From Mobula birostris (taxonomy: Eukaryota), in contig NC_092383.1 in NCBI RefSeq assembly GCF_030028105.1, positions 98,107,604 through 98,171,603 of the forward strand: a DNA stretch of 64,000 nt. Reading direction: 5' to 3'. The notes beneath the pieces were generated by a model. The model was not told the DNA's origin, ran no database searches, and saw nothing but the letters and a program-made list of their open reading frames with translations. Positions 53,361 through 64,000 of the stretch are shown here, in pieces. The stretch's first letter is position 1. Every line of letters begins with the position of its first letter. Position numbers and translations under genes: made by a program.

Positions 53361-53904
53361 CTTCAACACCAGGACTCACCAATCAACAGCCACTGACCTC
53401 AGGGCTTGCTGAATGACCTTGGACCTCCAATCCTGGGACTCACTGACCTCGGGAATCACTGGCCCTTGTTCTTGGGGATCACTAGCCTCTAACCTCAGAG
53501 CAGCCCAAACTGATTGTCCAGTTCCTTCCCCTAACTCCTCGCTTTCTGCCCTTGACCTCTCACTCCCCTCACCAGGTCACTACTGCTAACCTAGCCTGAA
53601 ACTTCCCACCCTGTCACCATTAACTGTCCCTGCGAACCTAAACCACAAAGTGACAGGAACATCACAACTCGGTGCCACCTTGTAAAAAATAATGAGAGCA
53701 GTCGTGATGTCATTTTACACCTGGACAAGTCATAGATGAGACCTTTTCCGGCCATTACGCCACATCCTGGCTGTGAACCAGTGTTGAGGGTTGATTGCCT
53801 GAGGTGGGGTAGCAGTGAGAAAATGGACGCTGGGCACAAACTCAATTTTTCAATTAATAATAAACTACTGGATAAGTGGGTGTCAACAGGCCAATTTTGG
53901 ACAG

Positions 53905-54190
53905 GGTAAGTTACAGACAAGGGAGATTATGGACTGGGGAAGTGGGTACAGACGGTTCGATTACTGATGGGGTTGTGGCTGCAGACGGGTCAATTGCGGA
54001 TGGGGGAGTGGGTGCACACAGGTCGATTACTGATGGGGTTGTGGGTGCAGACGGGTCTATTATGGATGGGGTTGTGGGTGCAGACAGGTTAATTACAAAC
54101 GGGGGTTGTGGGTGCAGACAGGTTGATTATGGACAGAGGTGTGGGTACACATGGAATGATTACGGACAGGGGAGTTTGTACAGACGGAGC
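53905..54190. repeat. 33-bp degenerate tandem repeat
   Basis: gggtgcagacgggtcgattactgatggggttgt variants, about 8 copies. Confidence 0.8.
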
Positions 54191-54379
54191 TCACAAACAA
54201 AGTCGATTAGCTAATATCCAACACTTACAAAGTCCAGCAGGAATGTGCAGCCACATTGTTGTCCCATTAGTCCCACCACAACCTTCAACTTCCCGACTCA
54301 AATCCCACAAACCTTTCCACAACTTGAAAAACCTCGATTCCTATGATGAACACACACAATAGCACCAATACTAGCACAC

Positions 54380-54720
54380 CAACGTTCCTGCCAGTGGTGG
54401 TCTGATCGAGGACCCCACCTCACTCCTCACGGGCTTTACTACAGCTATCAGAAAATACTGGACAGCCGCAAATAGACTCAGAAGTCGACATGCCAAAACA
54501 GCGCAAATTCTGCACCCATGGGGCATTCGACAAACCCCAGCTTTCCCCTGTGGTGCCACGTCCCAGGACACACTCCACCTGGTCCCAACATGCCCTCTCA
54601 ACAAGGTCCAAGACGGCTTTGCCGTGGTCCATTGAGTTGGAGGACTGGCTTGACAGAAACCAATTAGACGTGTGAAGAGAAAAACAGCTGCCATACGAAA
54701 CAACATCAACAGCCACAACC
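54380..54720 (+). mobile_element. RTE-X-like LINE 3' end, antisense in the presumptive 3' UTR of gene 2
   Basis: Plus frame YWTAANRLRSRHAKTAQILHPWGIRQTPAFPCGATSQDTLHLVPTCP, followed by ccatacgaaacaacatcaac tail. Confidence 0.65.
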
Positions 54721-54835
54721 ACGGGACACAGTGGATCTCCGATATCTCCCCACCCACCCTCGGCTCCCCTTGAGGGTCAGTGCCATCCTTGTGCCGGAGC
54801 GAAGGGAGGGAGGGTCCGTCCTAGACTGCGGGACG

Positions 54836-54943
54836 TTATCTATGGGCTGCTTCCCCAGCCGATCCAGGGGGTGGTCTGGCACGGAACGTGACTGCAGCGT
54901 ACACTGTGTGGGGAGTCTCAGGGTGAACCTCAGGATCAACAAA
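54836..54943 (-). CDS. Terminal cytoplasmic exon of gene 2 with ITSM TVYAAV
   Basis: Acceptor cttttcttctgttgcAG. Phase 0: FVDPEVHPETPHTVYAAVTFRARPPPGSAGEAAHR-stop (TAA at 54838-54836). TxYxxV motif at 54907-54890. Phase matches the preceding exon. Confidence 0.8.
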   Translation of the reverse strand, partial: FVDPEVHPETPHTVYAAVTFRARPPPGSAGEAAHR

Positions 54944-55444
54944 CTGCAACAGAAGAAAAGCCTGTCAGTCTCACACCAGTTCAGGGTTACACAGAGAAGG
55001 ACATGGAGACAGGGACAAAGCGAGAGAGGACTTCAAGGAGATGGAACACCCAGAGTTAGGAGACACGGGACTGGACATACGGAGAGATGGACAGGGCACA
55101 TCGGGAGAAAAACAAATGCAGAGAAACACACAATGGGACACAGACTCAATAGTTCCAGTCACCCCCACATCACCAATCACAAAGTCCAAACACCGACACT
55201 GACCCAACATCAACACAACTTTCAATCTGAACAAACTGCTGACCAGTACAAACATTACATCCCGGTCTGATCATCAGAAATTACACAGAACTGGACATTA
55301 ATGCAGAAGATTGTGCAGATGCTGGAAATGCACATAGCCGGACACAAACTGCTGGACGATCTCTGCAGGTCAGGCAACATCCATAGAAATGAAAAAACAG
55401 TTGATGTTTCAGTCTGAGACCCTTCATCAGGACTGAGCCATATA

Positions 55445-57900
55445 TGGGGTGGACGATAGTGCACCCCAGTGACTGGGTGTGTGGGGGATAGTGTATCCCA
55501 GTGACTGTGTGTGTGAGGGACAATGTATCCCACTGAGTGGGTGTGTGAAGGGACAGTGTACCCCAGTGACTGGGTGTCTAGGGACAGTGTACGCCAGTCA
55601 CTGGGTGTGTGTGGGACTGTGTACCCCAGTGACTGGGTGTGGGGGGACAGTGTACCCCAGTGACTGGGTGTCTGGGGACAGTGTACCCCAGTGACTGGGT
55701 GTCTGGGGGATAGTGTATCCCAGTGACTGTGTGTGTGAGGGACAATGTATCCCACTGAGTGGGTGTGTGAAGGGACAGTGTACCCCAGTGACTGGGTGTC
55801 TAGGGACAGTGTACGCCAGTCACTGGGTGTGTGTGGGACTGTGTACCCCAGTGACTGGGTGTGGGGGGACAGTGAACCCCAGTAACTGGGTGTGGGGGGA
55901 CAGTGAACCCCTGTGACTGGGTGTGGGGGGCAGTGTACCCCAGTGACTGGGTGTGGGGAGACAGTGTACCCCAGTGACTGGGTGTGTGGGAAGACAGTGT
56001 ACCCCAGTGACTGAGTATGTGGGGGGACAGTGTACCCCAGTGACTGGATGTGTGAAGGGACAGTGACTGGCTGTGGCAGACAGTGTGCCTCAGTGACTGG
56101 GTGTGTGGGGGGGAACAGTGCACCCCCTGGTGACAGGGTGTGTGTGGGACAATTTCCCACAGTGACTGGATGTGTGGGGACAGTGTACCCCAGTGACTGA
56201 GTGTGGGGGGACAGTGAACCCCAGTGACTGGGTGTGGGGGGACAGTGTACTCCAGTGACTGAGTATGTGGAGGATAGTGTATCCCACTGACTGGGTGTGT
56301 ATGGGACAGTGTACCCCAGTGACTGGGTGTGAGGGGGACAGTGCACCCCGGTGACAGGGTGTGAGGGGGACAGGTTCCCACAGTGACTGGATATGTGGGG
56401 GACAGTGTACCTCAGTGACTGGGCATGTGTGGAGGACAGTGTACCCCAGTGACTGGGTGTGGGGGGACAGTGAACCCCAGTGACTGGGTGTGGGGGGACA
56501 GTGTACCCCAGTGACTGGGTGTGGGGGGGGACAGTGTATCTCAGTGACTGGGCCTGTGGGGGACAGTGTACCTCAGTGACTGGGTGTGTGTGGGACAATG
56601 TACCCCAGAGACTGGGCCTGTGGGGGACAGTGTAACCCAGTGGCTGGGTGTGGGGGGGGGACAGTGTATCTCAGTGACTGGGTGTGTGGGGGACAGTGCC
56701 CACTGCTGACTGGGTGTGGGGGGGACAGTGCACCCCAGTGACTGGGTGTGGGGTGGGACATTGCACCTCGGTGACAGGTTGTGTGTGGGACAGTTTCCCC
56801 ACAGTGACTGGATGTGTGGGGGACAGTGTACCCCAGTGACTGGGTGTGGGGGGACAGTGTACCCCAGTGACTGGGTGTGGGGGGGGGCAGTGTATCTCAG
56901 TGACTGGGCCTGTGGGGGACAGTGTACCTCAGTGACTGGGTGTGTGGGGGACAATGTACCCCAGTGACTGGGCCTGTGGGGGACAGTGTAACCCAGTGGC
57001 TAGGTGTGGGGGGACACAGTGTATCTCAGTGACTGGGTGTGTGGGGGACAGTGCCCACTGCTGGCTGGGTGTGTGGGGGACAGTTCACCCCAGTGACTGG
57101 GCCTGTGGGGACAGTGCACCCCAGTGACTGGGTGTGGGGTGGGACATTGCACCTCAGTGACAGGTTGTGTGTGGGACAGTTTCCCCACAGTGACTGGATG
57201 TGTGAGGGGCAGTGTACCCCAGTGACTGGGTGTGGGGGGGACAATGTATTCCAGTGACTGGGTGTGTGGGAGTCAGAGCAGCCCAGTGTATATGGGGTGA
57301 CAGTGTACCTCGGTGACTGGGTGAGTGGGGACAGTGTACTCCAGTAACTGGGTGTGGGGGGAACAGTGCATCCCGATGACAGGGTGCATGTGGGACAGTT
57401 TCCCACAGTGACTGGATGTATGAGGGACAGTGTACCTCAGTGACTGGGTGTGTGGGGGGATAGTGCACCCCAGTGACTGGGTGTGTGGGGGGATAGTGCA
57501 CCCCAGTGACTGGGTGTGTGGGAAGACAGTGCCCGCTGCTGACTGGGTGTTTGGGGGACAGTGCACCCCAGTGACTGGGTGTGTGAGGGGACAGTGTATG
57601 CCATTTACTGTGTGGGAGGGGACAGTGTACCTCAGTGACTGGCTGTGGCAGACAGTGTGCCCCAGTGACTGGGTGTGGGGGGGACAGTGCACCCCCTGGT
57701 GACAGGGTGTGTGTGGGACAGTTTCCCACAGTGACTGGATGGGTGGGGACAGTGTATTCCAGTGACTGTGTGTGCGTGGGAGACAGTGCACCCCAATGTA
57801 TATGGGGGAGACAGTGTACCCCAGTGACTGGGTGTGTGGGGGACAATTCAGCCCAGTTACTGGGTGTGGGGTGTGGGGTACAGTGTATGCAAGTGACTGG
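55445..57900. repeat. ~2.45-kb array of the ~30-bp minisatellite in the last intron of gene 2
   Basis: GGGACAGTGTACCCCAGTGACTGGGTGTGG variants, roughly 80 units, with higher-order duplications. Confidence 0.95.
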
Positions 57901-58089
57901 GCGCATGAGGGGGTTGATGTGCCCTGACAACTGGGCACGTGGGGGTGGGGTGGGGGTGGTGTTGGGCATGTGGAGTGATTGGTTGGTATGGCACAGTGAT
58001 GGGTGATGGTGATGCTGATGGTGGTGTCAGTGGCCTGAGTGATTCAGGCTGCCTGTTCCCTGTCTCTGGCTTATCGTGTCTGCCATTAC

Positions 58090-58178
58090 CCTCTCGTTCC
58101 CCTTGGGGGGCTGCCGGCCAGTACGACTCTTTGCATTCCACCGAATATTTGCGTAAACAGTGTTCTCCACTGCCGGGT
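58090..58178 (-). CDS. Cytoplasmic exon 1 of gene 2 with ITSM TVYANI
   Basis: Acceptor ctctactttctgtcccacAG, donor AGG|GTAATG. 89 nt, phase 1-0: (D)PAVENTVYANIRWNAKSRTGRQPPKGNER. TxYxxI motif at 58161-58144. Confidence 0.8.
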
Positions 58179-58343
58179 CTGTGGGACAGAAAGTAGAGGT
58201 GAGAGGGTCCATACGGAAACCCTTCCCCACTGTACCTTATCTCACCCCTCCCTCCAATGTCATCATTTTCCTCGACCTACCCTGCCCCACCCATTCTCCC
58301 TCCCTCCCCCCAACCACCAGCCTCACGGATTGGATCCACTTGC

Positions 58344-58487
58344 CTTCAGTGCCTGAAGACGTTTCTTTTCCAGCAGCTCTTCTCCTCCATGTGACCAAGA
58401 GAATCACAATGAGAGTGGAGACCAGGAGGGCCCCCAGTACGGACAGTCCGATTACCAGGGTCGGGCTCAAGGACACAGGATCTGCAT
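58344..58487 (-). CDS. Transmembrane exon of SLAM-family gene 2
   Basis: Acceptor cctctccgctttccAG. 144 nt, phase 1-1: ADPVSLSPTLVIGLSVLGALLVSTLIVILLVTWRRRAAGKETSSGTE, a hydrophobic helix followed by an RRR stop-transfer. Ends at AAG|GCAAGT (GC donor). Confidence 0.85.
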
Positions 58488-58807
58488 CTGGAAAGCGGAG
58501 AGGATTCTGCAATTAATCCCAACCTCACACTCCCAGAGACGCAGAACCAATGGATTCATTCCATCCCATCTCAGGTCCAATAATATTCCTTTTTTCCCCA
58601 AACACCATACATTAATCGCCTCTAATCACCCCATCTCATTCCCCTCTCCTATCTTCTCAGTCCCCCTCTATTCCCCTCGCATCACTCCCCTCCAACCCCT
58701 CCTACACTATGGTGCTCCCATGATACACAAAGGGAGATTTTTGACTAATTTGGCAGAGTTTGTGATGGTGATTAAGGAAATGGCCGGGGAATTACACAAA
58801 TACTTAC

Positions 58808-58891
58808 TTGTCTGCATTCCCAAACAAAAGCACAAACTATCCCGGACACACTGGAGACCCAGTGGCCTATTGATGGTATTTGTAGTGGAAA
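58808..58891 (-). CDS. Candidate 84-nt membrane-proximal exon of gene 2
   Basis: Acceptor ggtgtatttcAG and donor CAA|GTAAGT. Symmetric 84 nt, open in phase 1 (STTNTINRPLGLQCVRDSLCFCLGMQT), 320 nt upstream of the TM exon. No recognisable homology. Confidence 0.3.
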
Positions 58892-59515
58892 CTGAAATAC
58901 ACCAATGCAGCTGTTCTGACCACATGGACAGTTATCTTGTCAGACACACCCTCCGATCAATCCGATAATAATGTTCCAAAAAGTCGAAGAAATGTATTTG
59001 ATCTTTTATTAACAACTCACAAAACATATAATCTTGGAGCAATGTAATTAAATGCAGTCCCCAGCTATAAACTGCTGATAACAAAGTATGAACACATATC
59101 TAAACCCTTCATTTTTACCACAACCCTCCCACGTGAATAGCTACCATAACAAACATAATAACCGTGCAACACGGGCTACAATGCTGATTAAAACAGATGC
59201 CTGGCGTCTACAGTATTAATACAGATGGATAAATACCAGGGTCACAACAATCTAATCACAGAGCTTGGGTGAGGGATCTGCTGAGGTACTGAATGACTTA
59301 GCTATCATCTTCCAAACATTTACAGGTTCTGGAATGGTTCCGCTAACTGGAAAGAATTCGATGCCAATGTTTCTGAAAGGAGACAGACAGAGAGAGAACA
59401 AACAGGGAACAACTGACCTGTCCGATCGACAATGTGAGTTGATTCTTTGAAGGAATCTGTGACAATGAATGTGATATCAAGATATTTAGAAAATATTTCC
59501 ATGACTGGACAAACA

Positions 59516-59708
59516 TACTACGTTTTGTTACTTTAAAACATTAAATGAATTCTAAGAAACTCATGGGAGTCAGAAAGTACGGCTATAACTTTATGTTTAC
59601 TTTAAGTGAGGCACGCACGTATCACGTGGTAGTGCGATGATGTATGCAATTTATGTTTTTGCATATAATCTGTAATTATTTAAGTGAACAAGAATGCTTA
59701 ATCAAACT

Positions 59709-59746
<38 letters not shown>

Positions 59747-60200
59747 TACAGAAGATTACTCAAATATTACTGAAATATTAAATACACAACACTCCTGCCT
59801 GTTTAGCTATGAACTTCAACTCAAAAGAGAAGGCATTCCAACAATATTCTCAGTATATTATATAATACAACTACTATATGCAGACATTAGCAGAGTAAAG
59901 TTTAAATTCTCTTATTCGGGCTTAAAGATTTACTGTGGAGGATTCATTATTCTTCTGGGATAGTGTTTTTCCTGACGGGGGTCACTCTGCTTAACAGGTG
60001 AGACTTGTGGCTGTGAAACAATCTCAGGCTCTGGGGCTCTGTCAGTGCTCATTGTAGGAGTGGACTCTGGGACTGCAGGGAGTGGTTCTGATAGCGGTAG
60101 CCAACTTTCTTCTCCAACTATTGACTCTGCTCTTCTCAAATGATCAATACGACATCTCCAGATGATATCAGACTCAATTTCCATTTGTGTAGGAGAGTGA
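59516..60200 (-). mobile_element. 3' end of a separate Gypsy element (integrase C-terminal tail, PPT, short LTR)
   Basis: Minus ORF ..WRCRIDHLRR..P-rich..HYPRRIMNPP; PPT aaacaggcaggag then an LTR starting TGTTGTGTATTTAATATT at 59791. Truncated by a CR1. Confidence 0.7.
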
Positions 60201-61250
60201 AACATAGAAACATAGAAAACCTACAGCACAATACAGGCCCTTTGGCCCACAATGCTGGGCCGAACATATTCTTACTTTAGATATTACCTAGGGTTACCCA
60301 CAGCCCTCTATTTTTCTAAGCTGCATATACCTATCCATGAGTCTCTTAAAAGACCCTATCGTATCCGCCTCCACCACCATCACTGGCAGCCCATTCTGCA
60401 CACTCACCACCTTCTGCCAAAAATCTTACCCCTGACAACTCCTTTGTATCTGCTTCCAAGCACCTTAAAACTGTGCCCTCTTGTGTTAGCCATTTCAGCC
60501 CTGAGAAAAAGCCTTTGATTATCCACACGATCAATGCCTCTCATCACCTTATGCACCTCTTTCAGGTCAACTCCCATCCTCCATTGCTCCAAGGAGAAAA
60601 GGCCAAGTTCACTCAACCTACTCTCATAAGGCATGTTACCCAATGCAAGCAACGCCCTTTCTATAGTTTCCACATCCTTCCTGTAGTGAGGTGACCAGAA
60701 CTGAGCACAGTACTCCAAGTGGGGTCAGACCAGGGTCCTCTATAGTGGCAACATCACCTCTTGGCTCTTGAACTCAGTCCCACAGTTGATGAAGGCCAAT
60801 GCACCGTATGCCTTCTTAACCACGGAGTCAACCTGCGCAGCAGCTTTGAGTGTCCTATGGACTTGGACCCCAAGATCCCTCTGATCCTCCACACTGCCAA
60901 GAGTCTTACCATTAATACTATATTCTGCCATCATATTTGACCTACCAAAATGAACCACCTTGCACTTGGTTGAACTCCAAATGCCCCTTCTCAGCCCAGT
61001 TTTGCATCCTATCAATGTCCCTCTGTAACCTGACTGCCCTCCACACTATCTACAACACCCCCAAACATTTGTGTCACCAGCAAAATTACTAACCCATCCC
61101 TCCACTTCCTCATCCAAGTCATTTATAAAAATCACGAAGAGAAAGGGTCCCAGAACAGATCCCCGAGGCAAACCACTGGTCACCGACCACCATGCAGAAT
61201 ATGACCCATCTACAACCACCATGCAGAATACGACCATTCTACAACCAAGT
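60201..61250 (-). mobile_element. CR1 3' portion with internal deletions
   Basis: SGLPRGSVLGP, EYCAQFWSPHYRKD; tail reads (AAACATAG)2 on plus. Confidence 0.85.
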
Positions 61251-61261
61251 TCTGGAGTGGC

Positions 61262-64000
61262 CTAGTTCTTTTCTATCTTTTTCAATCTTCTTATTAATTT
61301 CAACATCATAAACATTACAGAAAATAGATACAGGCAATCGGGATTACATTATTGATAATTAGTTTATACAAGTATAAACTCAATTGATACGTAATTAATG
61401 AGCCTCCCAAAATCTCACAAAGTACAAATATAATATAGGAAAAATATAAAGTGAAAGTACAAAAATATCATGCAAAAAGAAAAAAATATATTTATATACC
61501 CCAAAAGAAAAAAATTTTTAACCAACTAGAAACTAAACTAAAGAAAAAGAATGGGCTATTATGATACCTCAGGTAAAACCATTGGCGTCATTAACTCTGC
61601 TCCTCTCCCGGTATATTGAAGTAACAAAATAGAATTGGAAAGGGGCAAATTACATCATGTGAAAGTATTGAATAAATGGTCTCCAAATCTCTTCAGATGA
61701 TGTTGTTCCATCATTGGTAAACCAAAGATTGCAGTAATAGGATGAGGTTGTAGATCAATATTAGATTATGAAGACACGTAGTCCTCTTTTATTGTCATTT
61801 AGTAATGCATGCATTAAGAAATGATACAATATTTCCTCCGGTGTGATATCACAAAACACAGGACAGACCAAGACTGAAAAAACTAACAAAACCACATAAT
61901 TATAACATATAGTTACAACAGTGCAACAATACCATAACTTGATGAAGAAGTCCATGAGCACAGTAAAAGTTCAAAGTCTCTCAAATGTCCCACATCCCAC
62001 GCAGATGGGAGAAGGAAGAAAAACTCTCCCTGCCATGCCGACCACAGTCCGTCTCTGAGTCATCCGAAAACTTCGAGCCTCCGATCAGCTCTCCGACACC
62101 AAGTACCGAGCACCATCTCTATCCGAACGATTCGACCTCAACCTCGGTCGCCAACAGCAGGCAAAGCCGGGGATTTTGAAGCCTTCTCTCCGAAAGATTC
62201 CTGACCACGCAGTAATGACAGCAGCGAACGAGCGTTTCAGAAATTTCTCCAGATGTTCCTCCGTGCTTTCACGTCCATTCTCCATCAAATCAGAATTGTC
62301 CACGGCCCCAATTTAACAGATACGATATCATTTTTCACCGGAGGGCTGCGTACGCACAGGTGTGCTGCTCTCTCTCTTCCTGCCTTTTCAATATTCAAAA
62401 TAGTTGAAATAATATCAAAGATGTCATCCCAATATTTCTTCAGCAAAGGGCAAGACCAAAACATATGACTTAATGAAGCTGTCTCAGAGTGACATCTATC
62501 ACATACAGGGTTTAAATGAGAGCAGTAACGAGCTAATTTATCCTTGGACGTATCAGCCCTGTGTACTACTTTAAACTGTATCACCACATGTTTAGCACAT
62601 ATAGAGGAAGATTTAAATAATCGAAAAATTTTTTGCCATTTCTCTGTAGGTAAAGTAAGTTTAAGTTCCCATTCCCAGTCGGTTTTAATTGTATTTGATA
62701 CACCTGGATTTATTTTCATAATCATATTATAAATAACTGCTATTGAACCTTCCTGAAAAGGATTTAAATCTAGAATTTTTTCCATTACATCCACTGAATA
62801 TGAAATCAGAAAGGTAATAAGAACAGTATTTAAAAAGTTTCTAATCTGTAAATATCTAAAGAAATGAGATCTAGGTAAATTATATTTATTAGATAATTGT
62901 TCAAAAGACATGAAACAATTATCCAAAAATAAATCAGAAAATCGTATTATACCTTTTGTTTTCCAGACTTGATCCAAAAAAGAGGTTGAAAAAGAAAATT
63001 GGTTAGAATAGGGCTTACTAAAATAAATTGATTCAATTCAAAAATTTTTGAAACTGAAACCATATTCCAAGAGTATATTTAACTATTGGGTTATCCATTT
63101 GCTTATTCAATTTAGAAAAATCAAAGGGGAGTGGGGTCCCTCAAGTAGAGCCCAATGAAAACCCTGAAACAGATTTACATTCAAGATTAACCCATTGTGG
63201 ACTTGAAACTGTGTCCAAATTCCATGTCCAGAATTTTAAATAACGAATATTAATTGCCCAGTAATAAAATCTAAAGTTCGGCAATGCTAAACTACCCTCC
63301 TTCTTGGGCTTCTGTAAGTATCTTTTACCTAGTCTAGGATTTTTATTGTGCTGTATGTATGAAGAAATCTTTGAATCAACATTATCAAAAAAGGATTTCA
63401 GGATAAAAACTGGCAATGCTTGAAATAAATATAGAAACTTAGGTAAAATAATCACCCTGACAGCTTTGATCCGAGCAATTAAAGACAAAAACATTGGTGA
63501 CCATTTAATCTGATCAAATAAAGGTAAAAAAAATAGCCTTTAATAAATCATTCTGCTTCTCAGTAATTTTTACTCCTAAGTAAGTAAAGTAATCAGTAAC
63601 TAATCTAAATGGTAAGCATTTATAATTTGGAACCTGCATATTTAACGAAAAAAGTTCACTCTTGTTAAGATTCATTTTGTAGCCAGAAAATTTACTAAAC
63701 TTAGCCAACAAAGATAAAATTGCTGCAGGAATGGATTTCTCTGGGTCAGAAATATATAATAATAAATTATCTGTGTATAATGATAATTTATGCATCTCAT
63801 TTCCGAATAATACCAAAAATATTTGGTGAATCTCGGATAGCAATTGCTAAAGGTTCTAAAGCGATGTCAAATAATAAAGGACTTAGAGGACAACCCTGTC
63901 TAGTACCATGAAATAATCGAGAAAAGGGACTCTTTGATTATTAGTAAAAACCAAAGCTAAAGGAGTATGCTATATCAGTTTAATCCAGGATATAAATATC
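61262..64000 (-). mobile_element. L1-clade LINE ORF2 (RT end plus C-terminal Cys-rich domain), A-rich 3' end, runs beyond the window
   Basis: LYTDNLLLYISDP, SGYKMNLNKSE, LPKFLYLFQ, GSLALPNFRFYYWA, CDRC..HMFWSCP. Confidence 0.9.
61763..62387 (-). mobile_element. 625-bp non-coding retroposed element with 8-bp TSD, inserted in the L1
   Basis: TCAATATT duplicated at 61755-61762 and 62388-62395. Removing the insert restores the L1 reading TILNIDLQPHP. Confidence 0.8.

Noticed and set aside
54371-54757. 128-aa minus ORF resembling a secreted protein (MAAVFLFTRLIGFC...)
   Set aside because: Antisense of an RTE-X LINE 3' end.
55255-57969. Long ORFs of up to 447 aa rich in HPVTG/PSHWG repeats
   Set aside because: Translations of the 30-bp minisatellite, open in several frames; no evidence of coding.

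Overview
Eukaryotic (vertebrate) genomic DNA. The repeat complement (abundant CR1 LINEs, an HE1/V-SINE-like element, Penelope-like repeats) suggests a cartilaginous fish, probably a ray; this is inference. Most of the window is transposon-derived or tandem repeat. The host content is two partial, tandemly arranged minus-strand genes of the CD2/SLAM immune-receptor family, which the ORF track does not assemble. (1) The 3' half of an upstream gene: a TM exon (58487-58344), a GC-AG intron, and two cytoplasmic exons, each carrying an ITSM (TVYANI, TVYAAV). (2) The 5' half of a downstream gene: a signal-peptide exon (23255-23195), a ~23 kb TE-filled intron, and a Cys-less IgV exon (238 to <1). Notable TE structures: two Gmr1-type Ty3/gypsy elements with integrase before RT; one sits in a three-level nest (Rex1 > Gmr1 > CR1) with readable TSDs, the other shows an LTR-LTR unequal-crossover tandem duplication. 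There is also a near full-length CR1 with an esterase ORF1. All calls were made by eye; boundaries without stated TSDs or splice sites are approximate.
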